A stretch of 64,000 bases of DNA from Camelus dromedarius (Eukaryota). The DNA is taken from contig NC_087437.1 in assembly GCF_036321535.1 (NCBI RefSeq), forward strand, positions 117,368,001 through 117,432,000. Direction: 5' to 3'. Of the stretch, positions 26,095-37,373 are shown piece after piece; within the stretch, counting starts at the first letter, position 1, and each line of letters opens with the position of its first letter. The notes beneath the pieces are model-generated. The model saw nothing but the letters and a program-made list of their open reading frames with translations, searched no databases and was not told where the DNA came from. Made by a program: the position numbers and the translations under genes.

Positions 26095-27800
26095 GAATCT
26101 TGCTCTGGCTTTCTCACATGGGTTGGGTTAAAAGCAGGTAGAACTGGAAGCAAGGAAATCCATGCTGCTAATCCAGGCAAGAGGAAATGACCAAAGCCAG
26201 GTGGGAATTGCATGGAAATATTTACGGAGTGAGATGTACAGATTGTGGCGATTAATTAAATATGCGGAACAAGAGAAGGAGGAGAATAGGATGATACCAA
26301 GGGTTTCAGATTTGCCAACTTGGTAGACAGTGATTCCATTTCCTGGCTTAGAAAACACAAAAGGAGGACTGGTTTTTGGGAGAGAAAATATTGACTGAGT
26401 GTAGGTTCTGTCGACGAAAATTCAATTAACTATCAAGTTAAGAGAAAAAAAGCAGGTGCATAACATAAATATATTTTTAAAACGTGGAATTAATATCAAA
26501 GAGCATAAAAATGATCCAACTGCATTAACATCTTTTAAAATACAGTCCCTTTCTAATAATAGTTAAGCAGTTTTGTAGCTTTAACACACGACCCAAAGCA
26601 CAGGAAAGACTATGATGGCTCAGCACCACCCAATTTATCATTTCACTTACCAAGTAAAACTTCTTGTGTTATTCCTTAATTATTATTATTATTTACAAAA
26701 TTCTTTAGCGAGTGCTGCTTTCAATTCATGTAGTTTCAAAGTGGGGAACCAAAAGATTAAGTAATGTACTTTAAAAAGAAAAAAAAGAAAGCGAATTTTA
26801 TTTGAGCCAAACTGAGGATTATAAGCCAGGAAGCAGATTCCCGGAAAGCTCTCAGAACAGTTCCTCCTTAAGAAGTCGAAAGTGTATCCATTTTCAAGAC
26901 AAAAGATCGTACATCAAAATGACATAATTGATACTAATATTTTACAGAAAGTTCACAAAGGATGTGTAATCCAGGTAAGAGCATACAAAGCAAGAGCAGG
27001 TCACCAAGACCCCCTACAGAGGTGGGAAAGAACATTATTCTTTCAAGAAGTTACATTGCCAGTATCAGAAGAAAGGGAAAAATAATTGATCTTTATGCCC
27101 GAGCAGGCACTGCCATCTTTGAGGAGCTCTGGTTAATGTGTACTGAATATGCTCACTGCGTGCTAGGGAGGGAGAAGCCCCAGACAAACACACAGAGAGG
27201 ATTTTATGTTTAATTTTTTCTTGTCCTGCCTTAAAATATAAGTTTTATTTTATCAGTTTGGGCAGAGAGAATTTGCACCGGGTGTGGCCATCCAAGTGGA
27301 CGTGTCTGGGAGGTAGCTGACTGTACAGGCCTGAGAGCCCCAGAGAAAAATCTGGACTGGAGACCTAAGTCTAGGACACCAGGTCATAATAGAAGCAGTA
27401 AAAATGAATGAAGATCACCAAAAACAGTCATTAGATAAGAAGAGGGTGTGATTAAGAACCCCGAGGAACAGGCAGAACAAGAAGGAAAAGAGAGTGAGGA
27501 GCACTCAGGGGGAGGAGGAAAGCAGAGGGCCCTCTGTCGCCGCGGCCAGGAGGAGACGTGGCGTGCGGGTGAGGCCAGCAGAGGCCCGTGGCCCAGGTTC
27601 ACGGAGAAGAGGGCCTGCGATTGGGCACCTGGGTCCAGCAGCCGGGGCGTCATGGGAAACTTGGCAAGAGCCCTTTCAGAAGCACGGGAGGAGAGGAAGC
27701 CCGGATGGAGTGGATGGTGTGCACCAAAGGCGAGGAAGTGGGGACAGTGGCGTTTCTTTTCTCTCTTAACCAGTTTGGGTAACTGTGTGTGTGGAGTGGA
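26095..27800 (-). mobile_element. L2 LINE, interrupted by an LTR at 26409-27255
   Basis: L2-type text (gatgataccaagggtttcagatttg; catccaagtggacgtgtctgggaggtagctg) on both sides of the LTR. Confidence 0.7.
26409..27255 (-). mobile_element. ERV1-type solo LTR carrying a ~340-bp internal insertion
   Basis: TG...CA termini, near TSD gttc/gttt, minus-strand AATAAA near 26797; left part resembles the 9148 LTR. Confidence 0.75.
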
Positions 27801-28297
27801 GGTCAAGGACTGGCTGGTTATGAATGAGAGGCTTGGGAGCTAGGCCGAAGCTGAGGGCGCTGCAGTTCAGTCTCATTCTAGGTGCTGAAGAGGTGCGGAG
27901 ACAGGGAATTTCAGCTTTCTTTATCCTGGGTCTGTCTGATGAGAATCAGTGATGAATTACAGAAGGCGGAAGCCATCTAGTTGTCCATCAGAAGACTCCC
28001 TTGCATAAAGCTGGACGCGTCCACACAGTGGATCACGCTGGAGAAGTGCAAAGGAACGGAGAAGGTTTCTCTATACAGATACGGGCTGATCTCCAGGCCA
28101 TACTCGGTGAAACATGCAAGGTGCAGAGCCGTGTTCATGGTGTGCTGTTCCTCGTGTGAATGCATGTATTTGCTTATATTTTCAAGAAGAAAGCCTGGAA
28201 GGATACATAAAACTAATAGTGATGGTTATCCAAAGACAGGTGTGGAGGGAAGACGTCCATGAGTATATTTATTATATAGTCTTTCAAAAAAAATACC

Positions 28298-28420
28298 TTT
28301 TGGGGGTGAGATAATTAGGTTTACCCATTTATATATTACTTTTGGTGGAGGTACTGGGGATTGAACCCGGGACCTCATGCCTGCGAGGCATGCACTCTAC
28401 CACTGAGCTAGACCCTCCCC
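28298..28420 (-). mobile_element. tRNA-derived SINE (camelid Vic-1-like)
   Basis: ggggattgaacccgggacctcatgc...cactctaccactgagctagaccctcccc with the same 3' extension as the 22794 copy. Confidence 0.85.
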
Positions 28421-29331
28421 ACTTTACATTTTAATATAGAGTGCCATCTTGGAACCATGCATATGTTTTATGTAGTTTAATACATTAAATCAAAGTAAGA
28501 TAAAAAGCAATTTCTAAAAACTGGAAACAGTTGATCCTACCCCTATCAAGTTGTCACAGAACCGCACAGAAAAGAGATTTCCTTGGTGACTTTAAACACA
28601 TTGTTTTGAATCTACATATCTAGGAAAAGGTGTTCTAAGGCTCAAAAGAAGAGTAAATACATCTTAAACTCCGTCAGTACTCTTACTGACAGTAGTAATA
28701 GTAATTCTGTTAATATGAGACTATTTCATGTTATTAATGTAAAGCAAATATGTAATTGTTGGACTGTCATTAGAAACCAAGATTTCTAGTATAAAAGAGA
28801 TACAAGCATAAAGTCAAAGAATTTAAATAAAAACCTTCCAATACTAAATTTGAATGGGATATATCAAAATGGTCTTATGATTTTTTTTCCTCTTAGAAAA
28901 TATTTCCAAGCTCTGTCCATCAAAAAGTCCAAGAAGCAATGACACCCAGACTGTGGTTTCTAATACAATTTCCCCGTGAAAGAAATCAGTTTTTTTTGTG
29001 GGGGGGGAAGAAAAGGACTGACTCGTGGTCTGAGAAAGAAAATGGACAAGGTGAGGCTCATCTTGTGTCAGAAAGCAAGGATGCTGTTCAAGGGGTACCA
29101 CAGTGAGGACAATCAGGTGTCACAGGGCAGAGGAAGGACATACACCTAGGAATTTAGGTGGCAAATGGCTTATTAAAAAAATCCAGACTGGAACCTGGCT
29201 TCTGGCTCCCTAGCTCTGGATTTTGCCATCCCGTAAGACTTTTGTATAAAATAGAAAACTGCCCTGTCCTCCTGGCCGCTTAGCTAGGTGACCTTGGGAA
29301 GATCATCTCCTGCATAAACTTAGGTGATGGC

Positions 29332-30335
29332 TGTATTAGTTAGCTAACACTATGTAACAAATTTCCACCACAGCAGCTTAAACCAACAACATCTGTTATC
29401 TCACAGTTTCTCTAAGAATCCAGGTATAGCTTAGCTGAGTGTCTCTGGCTCAGGGTCTCTTATAAGGCTGCAATCAAGGTGGCGGCTTATGTCTCATCCG
29501 AAGGCTTGACTGGGTGTGGACCCATGTCCAAACTCACTCAGCGGTTGTTGGCTGGATTCAGATCTGTATAATTTAGGGATCTACCAGAAAACAGAACCAG
29601 TAGGATATGTCTATGCCTATGTCCACATGCACATCTATGTCCAAATCCACACCAGCACCCACATCCACTTCAGCATCTGGACCCGCACCCACACCCACAC
29701 CCACATCTACATCTCATCTCATCTCTGTCTATCTAGATCTATAAGTTGCAAGGAATTGGCTTAGTAATTGTGGTGGCTGGCTAGGTAAATCCGAAATCCA
29801 GAGGGTAGGCTGTCAGGAAGGCAGGTGAAATCTTTGGGCAGGAGCTGATGCTACAATCCACATCCTCAGGGAAACCTCAGTTCTGTGTTTAAGGGGTTTC
29901 AATTCATTGAATCAGACTCAGGCTATCCAGGAAAATCTCCTTTGCATAAAGTCAGCTGATTCTAGATGTTAATCACATCTATGAAATACCTTCACAACAA
30001 CACCTGGATTAGTGTGTAATTGAATAGTTGGGTACTGCAGCCTGGCCAGGTTGACACATAAAACTGACCATCACAAATCCCACCCAGCCGGTGGGTGCTC
30101 TCAGTTCCCTGCCATGAGAGCTTCTCTATGGGGCAGCTCACAACACAGCAGCTGGCTTCCTCGGAGCAAGGGAGTGAGGAAGTCCAAGCTGGACAGAAGC
30201 TGTAGTTCTTTGTAACCTGATCTCTGGAGTGATGCCTCATCACTTTCATTGTGTTCTTTTCATCAGAAGCAAATCTGTGGGTTCGGCCCACCCTCAAGGG
30301 GAGGAGATTACCCAAGGGCATGAGTAGGAGTCTGC
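29332..30335 (-). mobile_element. MaLR LTR (MLT1F-like) split by a nested MLT2
   Basis: MLT1 text at 29332-29564 resumes at ~30076-30335. Confidence 0.75.
29565..30075 (-). mobile_element. ERVL LTR (MLT2-like) with an internal (CCACAT)-like simple repeat
   Basis: tgtataatttagggatctaccagaaaacagaaccagtagg...gttgacacataaaactgaccatcaca. Confidence 0.85.
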
Positions 30336-30633
30336 AACCTCAGGGGCCCTACTCAGTAAATCCTGGAAGAGTGAGATAACGCGTGTGAAATATTTGAGTA
30401 AACCAGTAAGTAAATATTAGCTAGAATCACACAAAATTGCTGATATTAGATTGCTCATTTTTGAACTTACAGACATGTAAATGATTTCAGTAAAATAGGA
30501 AATAATAGGGCGTGAAACAACTTCAAAGGTTTTTTGAGGGGCCAGGTGTGAATGGAACCTTGGATAAATGGCAGAAGTGAGAGCGAGAAAAACATAGTGT
30601 CAATCGCATTAGGTTTGCGTTTGGCTTGTCTTC

Positions 30634-30805
30634 CTATCTAACTACCTACCTACCTACCTACCTACCTACCTACCATCTATCTACGTATCATCTATCAATC
30701 AATCATTTACCCATACCTGTCATTTACCTGTCTATCAGTCATTTATCTATTTCTGTCTATCAATAATCCTTATCTATTGACAGATCTATCTATCTATCTA
30801 TCACC
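30634..30805. repeat. Compound (CTAC)n/(ATCT)n tetranucleotide repeat
   Basis: Seen directly. Confidence 0.9.
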
Positions 30806-31714
30806 TATTTATTGTGTATTTTGACTGGTCAGCTACTGGGATTTGGGCATATTTAAAATGCAACCCAAGGCCAGTGCTTTGCAAATGTTTTGTCTGCACC
30901 TAGAGAAATGAGTTTCTTGTAAACTACAGAAGGACCCCCTTTTGCGGCATCTGTCCACGCTGGGAACAGTTTACCAGGGCACTTCCCTTTTCTGACTTCT
31001 GCTTCTTCTGAAGACAGACTCTGGACAGATCAGGGTGATCTATCACGGGACCCAGCCCTCTTGAATTTTCATTGTATTAATCCATTGTATTATCACTGTA
31101 TCCCCCAGCAACCTGCAAACAGGGCTCTAACTAGTGTCCCCTTCATTTTGCAGGTGAGAATTAAGAGGTTTAAACTCAGCTGAGGGCACCCAGTCAGCAG
31201 GTGGCAGAGGTGGGAACTGAATACAGGCTATCTCAGTCCAGAAACTCCATAAACCACAATGACCATCTATAGCAACACACTTCTCCTTTCTCTAGGTGGG
31301 AAATGGGGTGCTTGGCCATGTGCATCTGAGCAAACAGTCAAAGGGAGGAGCTTGACAGGAAGCTGAGGGGGCCCAGAGCAAGCTGGAACCCACCAGCACA
31401 TCTGTGTCTGTCACTGTACCTGGCCACGATGCTGCTCCGTCGTACCCTTCCAAACTTTGTTCAAACACCAATTCTGCCAACTCCACCCAGAACCCTACTA
31501 TTAATGGGGATAATGGGAAACAAGAGTGTAATTTCACCAAGTTGGCCCCAGGAAACTACCGCAGGTTCTTTTGTGAAAGCTCCCGCTTTAGAGAAGGCCT
31601 GTGAGGGGCAGTTTGGCAGTCTCTACCGAAACCACAAATGCATCTGTCCTTTGACCAAGACATTCCAGTTCTGGGGATCTCTCCCAAAGCTACCTGGGCA
31701 AAAATACAAAGTGA

Positions 31715-31900
31715 CTAATTCCTGGAGCACTGTTTGTTGCTCGGTGAAGAAAGTTTTGTTGGGGCACAACCACTCCTGCCTGTTTCGGGGTTGCTGGGGT
31801 GGCTTTCCTGCTGCAGCAGCAGAGCTGAGCAGCTCAGCAGAGACGTGTGGACCCCAGAGCTGACAGTGCTTACCACCTGGCCCCAGGGGAGGCTGACTGC
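31715..31900. mobile_element. MER58A-like hAT-Charlie DNA transposon
   Basis: aaagttttgttggggcacaaccactcc...gcagagctgagcagctcagcagagacgtgtgg. Confidence 0.7.
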
Positions 31901-31999
31901 ATGTTCGCTGAGCGAAAGTTTCTTTTAACCGCTGTACTGAAGATCGTAAATAAAGGGAACATAGAACGGGAATGTTGCCATTTTGCAGCCCATAATTTA

Positions 32000-32710
32000 C
32001 AAATGATAGAACCAAGCAATAATTATAAATGACTACTTATTGCAGAGAAAAGAAAGATAACTCAACATTATGGACCTTCTGATAGAATTGAACAATACTA
32101 TCCATGAAGTATTCTTAAAACAAAACAAAACAAAACAAAACACAACTACCAGTGGGCAGGAAACACAGGGGACAGAAGAACCTGTGTGACAACACAGCAC
32201 ACAGCCAGTAAAGTCCCAGATGGTGGGAAACTCTATGGGACACACAACCCAGTCTCTGCCCGAAATACATTGTAAAGAGGAGAAAAGATGGTGATGTGGG
32301 GAGGATGCAATGAATTAAGAGAGAATGAAGCAGCATTTTGAACAACTGCAATTTATGGCCTGTTTTGGAGGGGAGTTCTTCTGATTCAAACACATAAAGT
32401 CTAATAAAACATTTCCAAGATAACCACGGAAATAGGAATCCATACTGGCTATTCGATGATGTTACAGGATTACTATTAAATTAGAGCTGCGACAGTCGTG
32501 CCACGGTTGTCTTTAAGAGTGGTTGTCTTTCACAGACATTTACTGGAACATTTAAGAATTGAAGGATAATGTCTGAGATTTGCTTCAAAATTATTTGGTG
32601 TGATTGAGAGGAAGTCGATGGGTGTGTCAATGAAGCAAGACGAGTGGGTAATTATTGAAGTTGGCCAATGGGTACAAGGGTTCTTATGCTGTTCTCTCTA
32701 CTTTCATTTA
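32000..32710 (+). mobile_element. Old L1 3' region (L1MC/L1ME-like)
   Basis: atactggctattcgatgatgttacagg...gataatgtctgagatttgcttcaaaatt pattern; appears to resume briefly after the MLT1 at ~33235-33270. Confidence 0.55.
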
Positions 32711-33232
32711 TGTGTTAGTTTTCTGAGTATTGTAAGAAATAACCAGAAAATTAATGACTTAAAACAACTTAAATTTATGATCTTACAGTTCAGCAGAACT
32801 CTGAGGTCTGGCATGGGCCTCTCTGGGGTAAGATCACGGTGCCAACAGGGAAGAGCTGCCTTCTTCCCCGGAGGCTGGAGGCGGGAGTCTGTTTCTTGCC
32901 CTTTCATCCTCTAGAAACTGTGTGTATTCCTAGGCTGCGACTCTCCTTCTTCCTTCATCTTCAAATCCTCCAAGGCAGGTTGAGTCCTTCTCACACTGCC
33001 ATCACTCTGGTTCTCAGCAGCCAGGAAAGGCTTTCTGCTTTTAAGGACCCTTGTGATTCCATCGGGCCCCCCAGGTTTATCCAGGATAATCTCCCATCTT
33101 AAGGACAGCTGATGAGCAGCCTCGATTCCATCTGCAGCCTTAATCCCCCTGTGCTGCCTAACCTAACATATTCAGAGGTTCCAGGCATTCAGACGTAGAC
33201 ATCTTGGCAGGGGCATTCATTTGCCTACCCCC
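32711..33232 (-). mobile_element. MaLR LTR (MLT1D-like)
   Basis: gacttaaaacaacttaaatttatgatcttacagttc...ccaggataatctcccatcttaagg...aacatattcagaggttccagg. Confidence 0.85.
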
Positions 33233-33942
33233 GTGTATATCAGGCATTTTCCAAAATAAAAAGTAAAAACAGACAAAAAAAAAATGCCAAAAAACATTTG
33301 TGAAAAACTACCCTCCTTGTATTCTTTAGACTGTTATTTGTAAGTCAATGGCACAACCATCTAGGCTTGGAGCAAAAACAAAACTTCCAGTTGAGTGTGG
33401 CCCATGCATGTGAGGATTCTATTTTTGCCCAATACATTGCACCAAGGAGGGAAAATGTGGGTGTTGTAATCTCATCACTAAGTTCACTGCCTCTAAAGCA
33501 TGAAACAGAAAGAGGAACCAACATAAGGTGATGTCACTGGTAAAATTTGGTTTGCCTAGTTTATTTCTTATTTTCAAAGCAAACTGTAACATGGTGCATT
33601 ATATAAAAAGAAGCTAAAATTGGTAAAAACAACAACAACAAAAAAACCCCAACAACAACAACAAAACCCCCCATCAATTAAAAGGAGCACTTTACCACCA
33701 CAAAACACTTTCACGTACAATCTCATTTGACTTCACGACAGCCTTTGATTTGGGCAGAACGAGTGTATTTTCTCCTTTTTTTTGCAGCTGAAGAACTTAT
33801 TTGAGACGCAGCAGGACCCTGACTGTCTTTAACTTTTGCTAGTTAATTGGCAGGATGGGGAACGGGACCACCCTTGTTTTACTCTGATGCCCTAAGCTGC
33901 CTTTGTAACCCCCAGAAAAAAAGCTAAATAGTGCCCAGAATA

Positions 33943-34250
33943 CAGACACGCCCCGTGTTACGGTGCTTCACTTGATTGTGCGTTGTAGATATTGTGGTTT
34001 CTACAGACTGAAGACTTGTGACAACTCTGTGATGTCAAACGATGGGTAACATTTTTTAGCAATGAGGTATTCTTCAGTAGGTATGTGCCTTTTTAAAGAC
34101 AATGCCATTGCACACCGAACAGCCTGCAGCGCAGTGTAAACAGCACTTCGATGTGCACCGCGAAGCCAAAGGTCTGTGCGCCTCGCTTCATTGTGACACT
34201 TGCTTTGTTGTGGCCTGGAGGTGAGTGGCCCGGTATTTCCGGCTTGCCTG
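33943..34250 (+). mobile_element. Internally deleted Tigger1-like TcMar DNA transposon
   Basis: CAG...CTG ends, preceded by TA; Tigger1 terminal text (gtgcttcacttgattgtgcgttgtagatattg; tcgcttcattgtgacacttgctttgttgtgg). Confidence 0.8.
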
Positions 34251-35047
34251 CACTCTGTTTATTAAGGCAAAGACAAGTGGAAATCCACCTTGTTTCCAGA
34301 GACACTTGATACAGCAGGTGTGAACGTCAAGGAATCTCCTTACAGTCGTTTGCTTTGAAGCCCTTCCTGCTGAGTTCCTGTGTCAGCCGATGAGCTCTGT
34401 GAGTTCCCAGTGAGCCTTTGTGTTTGTCTGTTAAGAGAGCCACAGTGTCACCAAATTCCATTTGTTTCCTCTTCCTGGTATGACAGAAGATGGCGTGACC
34501 TCTGCTGCCAGGTCGAGGTCAAATGACCAGTTCTAACCAGTATCCTGCCAGGTGTGGCTTCTGGACTGAAGCATAAAAGAGCAGGTGTGATTTCTTCAGC
34601 CTTCTTCTTTGCCTTTGGTAGTGAGTTTGGGGGCCACTGCTGAGACGGTAGCACTCCAGTTGGGAAGTGGCTCACATCTCAGTGAACCACGAAAGTCTAT
34701 TTGATGGTAGTATTGAGGGGCACATTTAAGGAAACTGAGTAGGAAACAGTGTGTGTCTTTCTTCCACAAAATCTTGGATGATCACAGTGAGCCAGGGTGT
34801 ATATCCAATTGAATATTTTTTCTACAGTCTGTCATCAATATATCTTACTTTCTTATTAGAGATTCTTACCGCCATTAAAGAAAAAAAAGACTCGGCAAAG
34901 ACTAAAATATATAGAGGTTAAGCAGTATTTGTAACTTTTGAGAATTACGAAGATGGGACAGAAAAATAATATAACTGGATTAGGAAGATAAGTATGCTAG
35001 AGATTTAAGTTAGTGGTGTAATTGACAATTATATTTAGAAGAAACCT

Positions 35048-35139
35048 GGTGGTTGGAGGTACAGCTCAGTGGTAGAGCATGTGCTTAGCATGCGTGAGGT
35101 CCTGGGTTCAATCCCCAGTGCCTCCACTAAAAAAAAATT
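35048..35139 (+). mobile_element. Short tRNA-Ala-derived SINE (Vic-1-like)
   Basis: agctcagtggtagagcatgtgcttagcatgcgtgaggtcctgggttcaatccccag, then an A tail; imperfect TSD aagaaacct/aggaagcct. Confidence 0.88.
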
Positions 35140-36731
35140 AAGGAAGCCTTGCTCACGGATGAGAATGAGGACTTGTGGGCTTACTTTACTGAGGACGGCA
35201 GCGTGCCTTCTGACCCCAACAGGAGCAGATGGCAAAAGATGAGGCAGGCGACCCACAACCGTTTTGTTTTTTTTTTTTTTTCCAGTCAGCTATTCAATTC
35301 ACAAACCTTAGTTAAGACCTTTAAAAACAAAATGAATGATAAGGAAAACTTCTCCCAGCAATAACACGATAAAGAGATAGTAAACATGTTTATAGACTGA
35401 TTTGGCAAAGAGCACAGATGTCCACCTACCGATAATTTAAGAGCCTGCGTTTGTGTGCTGTTAATCATTTACAAAACCCATTTTCCTAGCACGTCTCAGG
35501 CCGACCCCGGGAAGCGGGCAGAGGGGCTAGAACCCCATTTCCTGAGGGCGCAGGTAAAATTCCAACACCTGACCCCTCCTCACTTTCCTTAGCCGTCCCC
35601 TTGCCTCTCCTGTCTGTTCCTTTGCAGACCCTGCTCTTCGGGGCTGTGCTGCCAGCTGAGCGTGTAAGTGCTTGCCTAGTAGTCTGTGAGCTCTTGTCAG
35701 CTTCCCAGCCTCCCTTGCAATGACTTTGGGGACAACACCCCTGGCCAACGACCCAAGATGGAAGCCAGTTAAGAGATGATGTGCCTTATTCATTCTACTC
35801 TTCTCGGCAGAGGTGACCTTGGCGGTGACATGTTCCAGTTGACAGCGCCGTCCACAGCCTCCATCACACGTCCCACGAGTGAGCAGTAAGCCTTGACTGT
35901 GTGAGGTCTCTGACTCTCAGAGTTTATTTTGTTGTTTCCCCAGAATGTGTCCTGTCCCGGTTCACAGAAGTACCCCCCTGCCCTTCCAAGTGTGTGATTA
36001 AGACCTGTGCCCTGAAGAATCCAGAGAAGTCGGTTGCTCTGCGGTTGGGGTGCTGAACCACTTTAGAAGATTAGTAGTGTCGTTTCTACTTTTAAATTTA
36101 TATGAATTTTCTGTAGGCACAATTTAAAAAAGTAATAGTGTTTATCAAGACAATACAGGTACATAGTGTAAAAGGCCACTGGTGCGGTAAGGCTTCAAGT
36201 AGTGAAAACCGCAGTCCTCTGCTTTCCACTCCCTTCCTCAGCCGGACCCCTCTGCTGTTTCTTCCAGCATTTATCCTGTATTTCTAGGTAACATGCTTAC
36301 CGCTATGTATTGTCACGTCACTTCAGACATTTTCTATTGACTTCCTATGACTGCAGATGAAGATTCAGCCACCTCATACCTCCCACCCCTCCTTTACCTC
36401 CCTCGTTTTCTCATTATAGCCCCATCTTTGCTTCCTATTTATTGTTTATGACCATGTAAATATCATTAACTGCTAGGAAAAGCAGTGCGTTGTGGTTATA
36501 CCTTTTGTTCTGTGAAAGTTCCTCCCACCCTGCTGGAATGAATGTTTACCTCATTTTCTTTTGCTTAGTTTACATACATAACCATCAACAATTCCTCCCT
36601 CTTCAACCAACTGCTTGTCAAGTCTATCTTCCACATGCCCGAAGGCAGTGGGAGTCTCCCTGTTGTAACTTGCCCTGCAGCCCTCTCTCTCAGAGCCCTT
36701 CTCACCCTGGTTGGATCTGGCTTGGTGGCTC

Positions 36732-37372
36732 TGTTACCAAAACTTGGGTCCAGCTGCTTGCTGCTTGAAAGCCAATACTCGAGAGGCACATATTTGTGGC
36801 AAGGAAAGTTTGCTGTATTCCGGAGGCCAGAAACCAGTGACGGGGCGGGAAGGGGTGGGAAGAGGGAGGGGAGGGGGGACAGGAAGGTGGACTCATGTCT
36901 AGAGGCCAACACCCCCCTTGGATAAGAGCTTTTAAAGGAGAATTTCAGGGGGTGTACAGGTGGAGGGAGGGGGCTACATGCAGAACATCGTATTCAGCTC
37001 TGACAGTCACCTTGAAGTTAGTCATGCTGTGGTCTGATCAGCGTCATCCTGATTTTTTAGGTACAGTTAATCTTCCGTTCCAGAGTCAGTTTGTTTCCAT
37101 TCATTTGAGGCCAGTTCTTGGAATTGTGGCAGCTTATGTCATGACTACAGTCTGGTCATTGTATAGTTAACATCTTCCATGTGGTGGGGGTTTCAGTAGC
37201 TAGAAGACTGCTCAAAGGACGTGGCTCAGAATATTATCTGTAGCCCTTGGGGAGGAACTAAAGGTCCCTGACTTTGTTTAATGACTCAGTGATTATTTTT
37301 TGTTTTGCTTGACCATTTCCCTTTGTTTCTGTATTTTTAAAATTTCTCCAATTAGATTTATTCTTTGACTAA
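36732..37372 (-). mobile_element. ERV1-type LTR, truncated at its right end
   Basis: Starts tgttaccaaaacttgggtccagctgcttgctgcttgaaagccaatactcg; LTR-like text ends abruptly at the L1 T-tract. Confidence 0.7.
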
Positions 37373-37373
37373 C

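Noticed and set aside
35048..35130. Apparent tRNA-Ala(AGC) gene
   Set aside because: It has an A tail, a TSD, a poorly pairing acceptor stem and related copies elsewhere in the window, so it is a SINE.
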